This document shows positions 34,443 to 46,863 of a stretch of 64,000 nt of DNA, piece by piece; the stretch's first letter is position 1; each line of letters opens with the position of its first letter. Below the pieces are notes generated by a model. That model was not told where the DNA came from. It did not search any database and worked only from the letters and a program-made list of their open reading frames with translations. A program made the translations under genes and the position numbers. Source of the DNA: Selaginella moellendorffii (taxonomy: Eukaryota; Plantae; Lycopodiophyta); assembly GCF_000143415.4 (NCBI RefSeq), contig NW_003314374.1, positions 414,030-478,029 on the forward strand. Reading direction: 5' to 3'.

Positions 34443-35833
34443 ATGGGCGTCCTGGTAAATATTCCAAGCAACATTTTGCCTCCTCTTCCCTCTGGCCGCG
34501 GCCGGTGTGCGGTTTCTGCAAATCTTGGGTCCGCAACTCCACCTATAAATTTGCCAGATGGGGTCTCGCGCTCTTCCTTTGAGCTTCCATCTGGGCTTCG
34601 AATGGAGGTTCTCTCTTGTCCACCCTCTTCTTCTTCTCCGGCAACCCAAAGCAAAATTGCTCCAGTAGTTTTTGTTCACGGGAGCTACCATGCTGCGTGG
34701 TGCTGGGCTGTGCATTGGCTCCCCCATTTCTCTCAAGCTGGGCACCATTGTTTCGCATTGAGTCTTCTCGGCCAGGTTTGGTTTTTCTTTTTCCTTGGTC
34801 TTTATAGAGTTTTGTGTGATAATGTCCGTGAAGGGAGAGAGTGATCCGCCAGCTGATCGAGTGCCACAGACTTTGGAGGTTTGGATTTTATCTTTGACTA
34901 TATTCTTTCTGTCAGTGATCGATTGATCTTATGCGCAGTAGCTTCATGCAAGCGATGTTGCAAACTTCATCGAGAGCAAGCTTCATGGCATTCCTCCAGT
35001 GCTCGTAGGGCATTCATTCGGAGGATTGATCGTGCAATATTATCTTCATTGTCTTGAGAGTAAGAGTTTCGATCTGTGAAGTGAAAATTATATCTTTCTT
35101 TTGCAGGATACCCGATGCTAGCTTCCGCTGTTCTAGCATGCTCGGTTCCTCCAACAGGGAATACGTAAGTTGGCCTTTTGGTTTCCACAAAATATATCTT
35201 TTCCAACAAGGATTACAATGCAGTGCTGTGGTGATGCGTTTCTTGAAGTCCAAGCCTCTTGCTTCCATAAAAGTAAGCTTCATAAGCTTTGCTTGTCTTG
35301 TGAATCACTTGTAAGCCAAGGTTACTTGGAGCTTGGCTGCGAAAGGCTTTGCGAGGTCTCTTCCACTTTGCAGAGAAACATTCTTCTCGCCGGACATAAA
35401 CCATTCAGAGCTTGCAAGGTGAGCTTTGCTTGGAATCGTTTACAAAACCTCATATGGTTTGTTCCAGATACCAGGCTTTGATGAGGAACAGCTCCACTGT
35501 TCCTCTCTTTGACCTCCGCAAACTAAATGCATCACTGCCGATCGGCCCGCCATCTCCGTCGTCACCACCTGTTCTTGTCATTGGCTCCGAGAACGACTTC
35601 ATCCTGGTAGAAAACGCTCCCATGGCGTATCAAAGTTTTTAAACGTTTGTCTTCTCGTCACAACTTTCTCTTTCGTCCAGGACGAGCAAGCAGTGCGCGA
35701 GACAGGGGCCTTCTTCAATGCCAAAGAGCACATCATCTCAAGCATTGCTCACGACATAATGCTGGACACGCAGTGGAGAAAAGCAGCCGATGTTGTTCTA
35801 GACTGGCTCAGACATGGAAACATTCAAGGCTGA
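34443..35833 (+). CDS. Alpha/beta-hydrolase fold protein (multi-exon)
   Basis: VVFVHGSYHAAWCW, nucleophile elbow VGHSFGG, VIGSENDFI, AHDIMLD catalytic His; short GT-AG introns. Confidence 0.9.
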
Positions 35834-37181
35834 AGAGACCAAGAAAAAAAAGCGAAGAAAAGTTTGTCATGCCAATGCCAAAGGCAATAAAATTTTGTTC
35901 GTTCTTGATTGATTGACATGGTGAATGGACAAGCCATTGCTTTCCAACCCGAAAGAAAGCGAGACACCCCTGCAAAAATATAAATAAAATATGTGAAGAA
36001 TGGCCAGTCTACAAAAACACTGTGGAGAAATCAAGTGGTCGAATACCATGACACCAGAGACAAAAATTCCCTCTTTTCCCTCAAAAAATTCAAAAAAAAT
36101 TCAAAGCTTTCAAATTATTTTGCCAGCCAATTCTGCCAAAAATACCTTTTTTTTTTTTGTGACCAGAGCACTGAATGGTTTCGAAAGCTCCAGTCCTTGA
36201 TCTGATTAAACTAGTCCTCCCCTCCATGGTTACAAAAAACAAGCCCTTTCAAACTACGCCATCTTCTAGGCAATGCAACGCACAAATCTTTCTACTTACA
36301 ATATATAATGCAATGTTTTAGCTCGAGGAATACTAGTTTTTATAGCAAACGCCTGGAGCTCAGTTTTTTTGGGGCTGGATCGATCGGCTTTCTTCTCGCC
36401 GTGGTTTTGCGCCGGACTTATGGTTTTGGAGCTCTTTTGTGGATCGAAACTAGAGAATTTTTTAGAGAGCTGGATGATTGCTTGTTTGCTAGAAATTTCT
36501 CTGTGAGGATCCATGACAATGCTAACTCAGGTGGTATGTTCCCATCCAACAAAACGTTTCATGGAATTCCACTCGCAGGTTTGATTGAGTGGGAGCATAC
36601 CACTGTGTTAGGATTGTCACAAAGAAGCCTCTTTGTTTCTTGATCTCTATCTCTCTCTCTCTTCATTCTAGAATTGCTTGCTCCACTCCGTTGCTAGTTC
36701 TTTCTCTCTTTTGTCAATTCGAGAGCTTGAAAGATTGATAGAGCTCAAATGAACCAACTGTCCTGGATGTTTGATCGGATTCTCTTGATGTGTGGCCTCG
36801 CAACATTCCAACCATGGATTCCCGAATTGATATGAATCTACGATCTTTTGTTGTGGTGTGTCTCCACAGGAATCTTGGACCCACAAGCGAAAGAGATTGA
36901 AATTCTCTCCAACGATCGTTCCATCTCTCCATCTCTCCATCGCAGTCAAAACAAGAGAGCGAGGGTCACATTCCTATCCGGAAGAAGAGCCTCCCGTGAG
37001 ATGGACGGCCGCGATTTTGTCACCCACTCTTCTCGTGAATGGAAGATTTTTTACTTTATGTACAGTGAGTGGTCTTAGAACAAAGCACGCAAACGAAGAA
37101 CACGAAAAAATGGTCTGCCGTGTCAATCGATCGATAGGACCGACCAATCGATCCTTTCACTTTCTTCGTGGCGGCTGCTGA

Positions 37182-37901
37182 CTAGTGGAAATCCCAGCCA
37201 GTGGCGAAGCCAGATCCATGGCCGCGGTACCACCACGGCCCCCTGGCCAATCCGCTGGTGTGATAGACCGAGAGCCACAGCGCGAGCTCCTCGGCCAGGA
37301 TTTCTTCCTGCTGCCTGTGCTTCTTGGCGAGATCGAGCGTGAGGAGGCTGGAGCGGCACATCGGGCAAGTGGTGTGGTTGTGATTCAGCCACTTGTCCAA
37401 GCAATCCCGGTGGAAGACGTGCGAGCAATTGGGGAGCTTGCGGACGAGCGAGCTGGGCTCGAAATCACACAAGCACACCGCGCATTGGGCCTCGTGTTCC
37501 TCGTTCTCGCCGGGGAATTCGAGCGAGGAAGGAGGAGAGGAGGAAGAAGAGGGGGAAGGAGGGATTTCTCCCGGATTATCGAGAGAGGAGGAAGGAATCT
37601 CCGAAATATCGAGAGAAGAATGGACGAGCTTACTGAATTCGATGAGAGGGAGCGAGGATTGGATCTCCTCCACGAAGCTATGGTGGTGGTGCTGGGGCTG
37701 TGAGCGATCCGGCGAGAGGCTGGAGGCCACCGGGCGCCGCGGCTGCCGAGACGGCTCCATCTGGTGGACCTCCGACGAATCCCTCTTGAGCCCGACGATC
37801 CGGAGCAGCGAATCGAGCAGATTCTTTACGAGCGCCAGCGAAATCGCCGTGTTCACCACCACCAGCGGCAGCAGGCCGCCATAGATGCTTGGAAATCCCA
37901 T
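37182..37901 (-). CDS. RING-H2 E3 ubiquitin ligase (RHA1/BRH1/XERICO-like), intronless
   Basis: MGFP start with N-terminal hydrophobic helix; CAVCLCDF..LPNCSHVFHRDCLDKW..TCPMC. Confidence 0.9.
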   Translation of the reverse strand: MGFPSIYGGLLPLVVVNTAISLALVKNLLDSLLRIVGLKRDSSEVHQMEPSRQPRRPVASSLSPDRSQPQHHHHSFVEEIQSSLPLIEFSKLVHSSLDISEIPSSSLDNPGEIPPSPSSSSSPPSSLEFPGENEEHEAQCAVCLCDFEPSSLVRKLPNCSHVFHRDCLDKWLNHNHTTCPMCRSSLLTLDLAKKHRQQEEILAEELALWLSVYHTSGLARGPWWYRGHGSGFATGWDFH

Positions 37902-38351
37902 GCCTGGATGAAAATCTCGACACCAGCAGTGGCAAACTAGTACACACTGACACCAAAATTTAGCATCTCTCCGCAAGAGCCCTAAATTCTCGGTAGAGCA
38001 CCCTTTTTTAAACCCTAATTTCTCGGTAGAACACCCTTAGTAAAAAAGACCCGCCAGTAAATGCTGACGTGTACGGCAGGCCGCGTGTCCGGCGGGTACG
38101 CCACGTGTCGACAGAGATTGATTCGGCTTTAATCCTATCCTTCATTGCTTCGTCAGTCACAGCAGTGGTCATGGAACGATTGGAAATGTTGAATCCAAGA
38201 GAAAAGACTAATCGATTCGGAGACAATCAAAGCTTATCAAAGTTAGATCCACGAGAGAGAAAACTAAGACAACCGAAGCTATATCTTATACTTCTAGAGT
38301 TTGTAGAAGTGTTGAGATGGAATGTTACCTGAGGCATCGCTTTCGTGTTCT

Positions 38352-39861
38352 CTAGCTTTGAGAAGCGGTGGCTTTTGTCTTCTTTACGTCGCGAGGACGA
38401 TCACAAACTTCTCTCTCGGGATCTTGTCCGGTTGCAGCGTTTGGATTACTCTCCTGTGGCTTCCGCTTGAAGAATCTGCTGATATCATTCACCTTTTGTT
38501 GTTTGATCTGCAAGAACACTAGTAAACAAAAAAAAAAAAAAGGAGAAAAAGGAGAGTAGCTTTTACCTCCTTGATACAATCTGGCCCATTAAAGGACGGC
38601 TTGCCCATTGCCGATGTAACAGGATACCATACCTGCAAGGAGTATTTAAAACCGAGAGAAAGATGGTTCTCGAGGAATCCATGGGTGGCGCCAGGCTTTA
38701 GAATTTACTCTTCCTTTACCAGATTCGGTCCTTCGTATGGCTGCACGAATTTGCGGAAGACGTCATCGAGGGAGCAGCCAAGCTCTAGCCATGCTTTCGT
38801 TGCGTCGTCGCTCGCTAGAATGACAGGCATCCTGTCTGTAGCAAAAGGAGAGTTGGCCAACACGATTAAAACGGGATTAAATCGACACTTCGTACCGTGG
38901 AGCCATTCCAATCGCTTGGACACTCGCGTGGTCAAAATGGTGAAAGTGAAGAGCGTGTCTCCTGATAGAGCACGTAAGCACACCCACGAGTTCGACGAAA
39001 ATTTCATTACCTTCGGCATCTTGCCAAGAGTCGTACAGGCAGGCGAATACAAGAGGGCGCTCGTCCTGGAAGTGGATATAATATGGTTGCTTCTTACTAC
39101 CATCTTTCTTCCACTCGTAAAATCTGCAAAAGCGAAGTCGTAGTAGAAGATATGATATGCTTGTTTTGGTACCCTTCGACGCTCACGAGGCACCGTTTCG
39201 CTGGAAGAAGTCGAGAGAAGGAGGTCTTCTCACGCACAGTTTCTGATCTTGCATTGAACTGAAACAAGAAGAGAAATGGTTAGATCGCAACACAAGAAAG
39301 AAGTCGAGAAAAAAACAATGGCTCGATCGCAAACACAAGAAAGAAGTCAAGAAAAAAAAAAATTGGTTAGATCGCAAACACAGGAAAGAAGTGGAGAAAA
39401 AAAAATGGTTAGACCGCAAACACAAGATAGAAGTCGAGAAAAAAAAATTTGGTTAGATCGCAAACACAAGAAGGAAGTCGAGAAAACGAAGCAAAGAATG
39501 AGACAGAACAAGAAAACTCACTCCAAAAAAAAGTTTTTGGGATAGTTACCATGCGATAGTGATCGGGCTTCTCATTTTTTTTGGTGAAGCTGGGAACGAG
39601 CCCCCATTTCATCGCTTGCACAACCGGAAGAGCTTCCCCATCGTCTTTGGCTTCGTAATGAACAACAGGGAAATAAGCTCCAGGCGACACATTGTAAGAT
39701 GGACGATACCTGCAAAAACGCGATGGTAGAATGCGATGTGATCAAACGAATGCGAAAAAAAAATACCTGTCGTGATCGATCAATCGGAGCTGGCAATCCC
39801 CAAAACCACAGGCAGCTCCCACAGCGTCGGGGGCAAGCGTGCATCGAGCTCTCCCACACAT
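38352..39861 (-). CDS. SRAP-domain abasic-site processing protein (HMCES-like), multi-exon
   Basis: MCGR N-terminus at 39861; MKWGLVPSFTK, FNARSE, FYEWKKDG, TFTILTT..LEWLH..DRMPVIL, WYPVT. Confidence 0.9.
39272..39490. repeat. Intronic minisatellite, about 5 units of ~44 bp
   Basis: Unit AATGGTTAGATCGCAAACACAAGAAAGAAGTCGAGAAAAAA in a SRAP intron. Confidence 0.85.
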
Positions 39862-39919
39862 TTCTCCAAGCAAAACGCATAAACCCTAGAGAAAGAACCA
39901 GTGCTGAAGTGGCACACCC

Positions 39920-42169
39920 TCATTTAGTGCCGGTGAGCTTTGGGATATTGGCATTCGCTAGGAGCACATAAGCCGCTCCATGCTGGAATCGCGTCAAGCT
40001 CTTTGCGGCCCTAGCTCCTCTTTCATTGTCACCGTGAGACGAACAAGCACTAAGCAAGGCAATCCACTCCAGAACCTGGGGCTCAAAGGGCATTGTAAGA
40101 ATGAGTTTCTCACAGTCCTCCAAATGCCCAGACCGGGCAAGAAGATCAATCATGCAGCAGTAGTGAGGCCGCGACGGAGAGACCCCGAAATCATACCTCA
40201 TGGACGTGAAGCAGCAGCGCCCATTGTAAAGCTTGCCCTTCCTGCTGCAAGAGGTGAGTACAAGAGCAAAACAAGCTTCCTCAGGTGCGACTGATACTCT
40301 CATCTCATCAAAAGTTGCAATTGCAAGTGTTGAGTCTCCAAAGTGGGCTTGAGCCGCAAGCAAGACGCTCCATGAGATTTGGTCCTGCTCTGGTATCTGA
40401 TCGAAAGCACTTTTTGCTCTTTCAATGTCTCCAACTCGTGCAAATGCTGCGACATATGCATTCCAGGAATGCTCGTTCCGAAGCGGAAGGCTATAAAACA
40501 TTGCCACCGCCTGTACGACGTGCCGGTTCTGGGAATACGCGGAGAGCATTGTGTTGTAGGAGACGAGATCCCTCACCGGCATGTTTTCGAAAATGTGCTC
40601 CGCCTCGTCCAGATGCCCTACCTGGGCATACGCAGCAAGCATTGCGTTCCAACAGACGGTATTTCTGTGCGGCATTGAGTCAAAAACGAGTTTTGCTTCT
40701 TCGAGTCTCTCGCATTGAGCGTATGCCGAGAGAAGCGCGTTGTAACAAACAGTGTCCTTGTGAGGGCATTCATCAAACATTTGCTGCGATCGCTCACAAT
40801 TCCCAGCCAAGGCATAGGCTGTGATCATCGCAGTCCACGAGAGAGGATCTCTCTGTGGCATCGCCTGGAATGTCTTCTCAGCCTCAGAAACTCTACCAGA
40901 TTGGGCATACGCGGCCAGAACCGCGTTCCAGGAAACGAGATTCCTCTGCGGGAGTTCATCAAACAGCGACTTTGATCGAGCGACGTCTCCAGTCTGGGCA
41001 TATGCCGAGATCATTGTGTTGATCGACACAATCCCGTGCTGTGGCATTGCCTGGAGCACAATCCGAGCTTCCTGGAAATACCCGTTCTGGGCATAACCTC
41101 CTAGAATGATGTTCCAGGTAATTACATCTCTCCCCGGCATCTCATCAAATGCATTCTTGGCGGACTCCATTTGGCCCAATTGGGCAAACCCCGAAAGGAG
41201 GGCGTTCATCGCCACCAAGTTCCAACACGGCATTCGATCGAACAATGATTTCGCAATCGATGTCTCTGCGGCAATGGCATAGCCGTAAACAAGCGCGACC
41301 CAGCTAATGAGATCTCTTTGAGGCATCGAATCAAACAATCCTTGCGCTTCCCGCAAATGCCCCCTAATGGCAAATGCGGACATTATCGCATTCCAAGACA
41401 CAAGGTTATCTTCCGGTAGCTCGCGAAACAATCTCCTCGCTTCACAGAAATCACCGTGATGACCGTACGCATCAATCATGGCCGTCCAGCTCACTGCGTC
41501 TCTCAACGGCATCGCGTCAAACAGTTCCCGCGCTTCCCGCAAATGCCCTTGTTGGGCATACGTAGACAGCATCGTGTTCCACGCTACTAGATTCGGCCCT
41601 ACGATAGAATCGAACAGGACCTTCGCATCGTCGAGATGCCCATGGCGTGTATATGCCGACAGCATTGCGTTAGAGGAGACAAGGTCCCGACAAGGCATAG
41701 ATGCGTAGAATTGCTTGACGTCTTCAAGATGCCCGTTCTGGGCATATGCGTCAAGCATGGTAGTCCAAGAGATTAGATCATGATCGGGCATGGCATTAAA
41801 CATTCGTCGCGCATCTTCCAGATTCCCCGAGTTTGCAAGTGCTGCGATCATAGAAGTCATGGAAACGGGCGTTTTAGCGGAGGCTGGCATCTTGAGAAGT
41901 ATTGTTTTCGCATCTTCCAGATGCCCGTTGCGGCAGTAGGCCGAGAGCATGAGCGTCCAGGAGAAGGAGTTCTTGACGTAGATTCCATCGAAGACCTTGC
42001 GAGCTTCGGTGGCGCTGCCACACTTGCCATACATTTCGATGAGATTGTTGAGGATGAAGTAATCGTCCTTGATCCTTGGCAAGACAGTTGCTGCTCGCGA
42101 GTGGATTTCTCGTAGCGCTGGGAGGGATTTGCAAGACTGGATTGCTTCAATGCATTGCTTCCTTTCCAT
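39920..42169 (-). CDS. PLS-class pentatricopeptide repeat protein with E domain, intronless
   Basis: About 20 tandem ~31-aa repeats (VSWNAMLAAYAQ.GH...A...FD.MP); C-terminal HYCCMIDLLARSGHL..MPFEP..W.ALLSAC; no DYW domain. First ATG at 42169. Confidence 0.95.
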   Translation of the reverse strand: MERKQCIEAIQSCKSLPALREIHSRAATVLPRIKDDYFILNNLIEMYGKCGSATEARKVFDGIYVKNSFSWTLMLSAYCRNGHLEDAKTILLKMPASAKTPVSMTSMIAALANSGNLEDARRMFNAMPDHDLISWTTMLDAYAQNGHLEDVKQFYASMPCRDLVSSNAMLSAYTRHGHLDDAKVLFDSIVGPNLVAWNTMLSTYAQQGHLREARELFDAMPLRDAVSWTAMIDAYGHHGDFCEARRLFRELPEDNLVSWNAIMSAFAIRGHLREAQGLFDSMPQRDLISWVALVYGYAIAAETSIAKSLFDRMPCWNLVAMNALLSGFAQLGQMESAKNAFDEMPGRDVITWNIILGGYAQNGYFQEARIVLQAMPQHGIVSINTMISAYAQTGDVARSKSLFDELPQRNLVSWNAVLAAYAQSGRVSEAEKTFQAMPQRDPLSWTAMITAYALAGNCERSQQMFDECPHKDTVCYNALLSAYAQCERLEEAKLVFDSMPHRNTVCWNAMLAAYAQVGHLDEAEHIFENMPVRDLVSYNTMLSAYSQNRHVVQAVAMFYSLPLRNEHSWNAYVAAFARVGDIERAKSAFDQIPEQDQISWSVLLAAQAHFGDSTLAIATFDEMRVSVAPEEACFALVLTSCSRKGKLYNGRCCFTSMRYDFGVSPSRPHYCCMIDLLARSGHLEDCEKLILTMPFEPQVLEWIALLSACSSHGDNERGARAAKSLTRFQHGAAYVLLANANIPKLTGTK

Positions 42170-42233
42170 AAACCGGCAGAAAGAAAGTTCACTCACTTTG
42201 CTTGAAGAATTTGCTGTTCTTGCCACTTGGTCT

Positions 42234-43781
42234 CTAGCAGCTCTTCTCCCACAGGCTCCCCCAATAGGACTCTCTCGAGGAGCTCTCCATCTTCTTCCAT
42301 TTTATCGGGCAATTCCAGTTCATCTTCGTCGTTGGCACTAGAGACGATCACTTCTTCGTTTTCTTCGATATCTTCGAGTCCTCCTCCTTGAAGTTCTTCC
42401 TCTTCCTCTTCTTCTTGTTCTTGTTCTTGTTCTTGTGCTGAAAGATCATCGCCATCACCACCACTTTCGGCTTCTTGAGATGGTTTTGTAAGTCTCAGCT
42501 CGGCTAGAAACTTTCAACGTTAGAACTGCACTGAGCTGAGTTTAGATGGAACTTACGATAGAGTCGCTTCGTAGGAACTCTGATACGCCTCCCTTTGAGA
42601 TAACGATACTCATACCGCCGCAGGGGATACTTTTCTCGCACCTTCTCGCTCTTTTCTGGCATGCCGACTTTGAAATAGACCTCCGCAACCATTTCAACTA
42701 ATCCTTGATCCGGTCTGACGTTGAGTTCTTCCATGTCTGCAAAGAGCTGAAGAAGGTATAAGAAAGGAGAAATTACAGGAGGAAGAAACTTACATCTAGC
42801 AGCTTTTCATACATGCCAGCTCGGTTGTAGATCCCCATCATAAGAGAAAAATGTGAACGGGGAAGCGCGTCCAAGTATCTCCGAAAGACACCGTGGAAAA
42901 CTTCCTCGGCTTCCTCGATGCGGTCTTCTTTCTCCAGTGCCACTATCAGCAGCTGATAAGTTGCCATTGTCTTGCCATGTCCTTTGCTCAGCATCCATTT
43001 CGAAACCTGGCAAGCTTCTAAGGACAGAAGAACTAAGAAAAATCCACGAACCTGGATCACACGCTTCCATTGCCACTGATCTCGAAGAATCCTCAGAGCC
43101 TTTTTCACGGGTTCAATCGGAAAGTCGACTTCGAAAGCACTCCAAGCATCCAATGCACCATATATATCTTCCTTGCAGTCTGAGAGATTGGCTATCTGTA
43201 GGCAGCACAAGAAAAACAAAATCCTCAGCCACATAGCTTCGGTTTCTCGTCTTAAAAGCTCACTTACACATTTGATAAGGTTAACAGCCTTCAGAGAACT
43301 TCCTCTCTTGGCTGTTTTCTTCCATGTCTTGGGCTGCTCTCCTTGATTCTTATCTCCTTTATTTCCTTGAGCGAAACAAATCTGGACAAATTGTGAGCTG
43401 CTATAACTGAAGTTTACAATTATGCTCACCCATGAACGCACTCGTCGACAAGAAATAATACCAGCTTGTAGGCCATCAGTAACTCTATCTTTATGGAAGC
43501 CACTGCGAGCAAAAATATGTGAAGAGTGAGCACAAAGCCAGGTGAAGAAGCAACTTTACCGGTAGCTGTACACACTATCCTCTCGGCACTCTACTGAACA
43601 AAAAGCCTTTCCTCTTCTGAAGCAATGCACTCTCAGCCCGTAAACTGATTGAAACGGAGGTACCCAACACTTGAGCTGCAAGCACACTGCAAGAACTGAG
43701 AAACTGTGTTTAGAAAAATCCAATATCAAGCCACCAACATGCCTGGTCACAGCAGCTCGTCCATGGAAACGCTTGCTGCAT
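42234..43781 (-). CDS. Short PPR-like protein (EMB1417/At4g18975-like family) with acidic C-terminal tail; start approximate
   Basis: KEDIYGALDAWSAFEVDFPI..KKALRIL..WKRVIQ..KWMLSKGHGKTMATY; MEELNVRPD..KVREKYP. Confidence 0.85.
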
Positions 43782-43874
43782 TTCGTAATTTCTACCTGAA
43801 ACTCAACTCGCAAAGCCCTAGAAACAAGTATAAACAAGGAATTGAATTGATGCCAGAGTTAGAACAAAACTGTC

Positions 43875-44996
43875 TCATTTTTTGTGACCAGCAAACGAAA
43901 TAAAAACGCTCCAAATAACGCCTAACAAGCACGCTGCGCCAGCCTGAAAATCAAGTGTGTTTTTGGCCCACTTCTTTGCAAGAGAAGTAAGAAACACCAA
44001 AACGAACCTGTAGTTGTGGAGGCACTAGTCCAAAGTTTACAAGCTGGAACGGTATCCAGACTTTCCAGTTCGCTATGACGGTAGGAAGCCAGTCCTGGAG
44101 ATGACAACGAGAGGAAACCAGTGAGCAATACAGCATTGCTTAGCTCACCTGTTGAAGCTTTGACCAAAGTTGCTGATTCCGACCCTCTAGGGTGAGCAAG
44201 ACAGCGAAAAACGTCCCAGTTCCGAGAGGTGTAAACACAAACTATACGAGAGAGTAAAGTTTTCAGAGCTAGGAAGAGTCTTTAGTGTATCTTACTTGGT
44301 CCGCGGCAATGCGAAGGGCTAAACCCAAGACTCCTGGATACGGAATCAATTTTGGTAGAAATCCATACCTACAATCCAGAACTCTTGAAAGTGACAAAAA
44401 ATAAATACCATGCTTGCTCACCAGTAGTGCATACCAGGTCCACTCATAAAAATCCCAATAGCCGTGAATGATAGAAGCCGCTGGAAATCTATTGTCTGGG
44501 ACTTCTCGACAACAATCTAGAATTGAAAAAAAAAAAATCGTAAGTTTTGCAAGGATTTTTTCTTTTCGGTTTACCTGACAAAACAAATCCGAGAATGCGT
44601 TTAAGAGGCCCGCGGTCAAGCTCTTCATAACCAAGGGATGGCTGTCCAGTAGACCAACATATCTACAAAAGAAATGGTGAAGAACAAGACCAAAAGAAAA
44701 AAGAAAAACGTTTGGCAAATTTACCTAGACCAGAGGGAAAAGGCTGCGTTGTTCGCTGCCTCTGGAGCTCCAATTTCCACGGATTTCATCCCTTGCGCAT
44801 CGGGGCTCATACATCTGCTACACAAATCATCCACCTTGCGCACGAAATGCCATGATTGAGCTCGTCGCTTCCGCAGATCCTGCCCAAATCCAGCTGAAAC
44901 CGCAGACCTCGCGTAGAGAAAAGGATCGCCGCCGCATTCTCGCCTCCACACGCTACTGCCGCCGAGCACAGCGCTGGAGAGGGGGATCGTCGCCAT
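43875..44996 (-). CDS. Mpv17/PMP22 family membrane protein, multi-exon
   Basis: LLDSHPLVMKSLTAG..SDLFCQ; DWLPTVIANWKVWIPFQLVNFGLVPPQLQ. Confidence 0.9.
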
Positions 44997-45260
44997 CGCT
45001 CAAAAAACCCTAAATAAGTGATTCCCGCCATACAGGAAGAGAGCTCTTATACTGTGGAGCTTCGCGCCTGTAGTGTAGACAAGTGGTAGCGACACGTGTC
45101 ACAAATCCGTATGAACAAAAAATAGAGCAAGCTCTTATTTTCCTCCGGGAATGTTCGTGTCATGTAAGCAACGTTGCCACGAGCTATTCTTTTTTGATTC
45201 CTCCGCTCATGGATGAATTCGTCCAGTCGAAAAAAGCCAATCCATTTTTTGTTTCTCTCC

Positions 45261-46697
45261 TCAGTAGTGATCGCCCAAGCGCATAATCCCCCACACGTCC
45301 AAAACTCCCGGAGGAACAGCGTTGTCCACGGCCGATCGAATGGAAGCTTTTGCCACTGATGTAACTTTCACTGGAGGCACCACCAAGTTCCCCAAAACTG
45401 GAACTCTCGTCATCGATTTCAGGTTTCGAAACGCCTGCCAGCAAAGTTCCAGTCTCGTGCTCTGAAAAAACGAAGATAGACTTACCATTTCCAACGGAGT
45501 TCCAATGACTCCCAGAGGTAATTGGATGCTGCCAACACGTCTAGTTCCGTGAATGAATCCCGGACGCAAGATCACGCCTGGGCCACCAACAAAGTTATCA
45601 ACGCGAGACAAAGATTTAAAAGACGCGCTGGACTAACCGCCATAAGGGAATCTAGACATCACTGCGTTTTCAGCCGCTTTCTGGAAGAAGAAAAAAAGTT
45701 AATCTTGCTTTCATCAGTATCGTAGAACATTACAAACCTTTCCTTCAAAGTAGCCACGCAAAATGTAAGACGCGAAGCCAAGATCTGAGGCAGATACATA
45801 GACAAACCTTTTGACTCCTGACAAAAACAGAAGATGAAAACTGAAAAGAAAAACCACGATTACCAGAATCAGCAGCAGCATTGATGGCCTTGACATTTGC
45901 ATCGCCATTGATTTTGCGCATGGTGTCATTCGATCCAAAACCGCCTACGCATGATATCTGGAAAGACAAGAGAAATCCTCGTGAAGAACAGAAGGAAAGA
46001 AAAGCAAAAAATTGAAAACTTACCACTGCTGAGACATCTTTCATGTGTTCTCCAATCGTGTTTGGGCCGATAAGATTTCCTGAAACCAAAACCTGTAAGG
46101 GGTGGTCAAACACAACTAGCTACCAAATGCCATTCCTTTGCTCAACAAGAGGAAAAGAAAAAGAAAACACTAGTGGTGGCGACTTTACCTCGAATCCACT
46201 CCACCTTATTCACCCAAGGTTCGTCAATGTGAGGCTTTCCAGATCTAAAAACGAAAAGTCTTCTTAGTGACCAACAAAGAAAAGAAGAAAAACAAAGTAC
46301 CTGTTTAAGCTCGCAACAGGAATGTCACGCACAACAGCTTCTCTACACACATGAGAACCTACAAATCCATTTCCTCCCAAAACCAAAATCTACAAAAGGA
46401 AAAAAAGCCATTGAAAGCTTTCATCGATCCAGCAAAAATTCCAAGACTTTCCTCTACCTTCGACCTCTCGGGCTGGACGTCAACCGTCTCTGCTTCCTCA
46501 GTTGGATGCGGCGGAGGCTTGGCAGCTGGCCCCGAGCAAAGGGACCGCCATTTCTCATTGCCCGCGATCCTAAGCGCCGCGCGCCAATACGATTATCAGC
46601 TACTTCCTAGGAGATTGCAGAGGATGCATTACCGCCAGAGACACGATCGATCGCCAGAGAGCTTCGCGCCCGCCCTCCCAAGAGCAGCCGCAACCAT
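45261..46697 (-). CDS. NAD(P)-binding Rossmann-fold protein (atypical SDR), multi-exon
   Basis: ILVLGGNGFVGSHVCREA, ISCVGGFGSN..INGDANV, GVKRFVYVSA, ILRPGFIHGTR. Confidence 0.9.
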
Positions 46698-46863
46698 CGC
46701 CAAGTCTAGAAATTAGAACCCTGGAAATGACACGTGGCGGCGTTTAAGGGATCGACCAAACGACCGTTCTAGAAGAGATTCGAACCCATGACCAGTAAAT
46801 GTATGTATGTACCATCGAGCTTTAGTATTTGTATTCTTCTACAGGCCCAAAATTTTGAGCTTT

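Noticed and set aside
42226-42236. In-frame fusion of the PPR-like gene with the downstream PPR-E ORF
   Set aside because: The upstream stop (42234-42236) and the PPR-E frame are offset by 1 nt; fusion would need unproven splicing.
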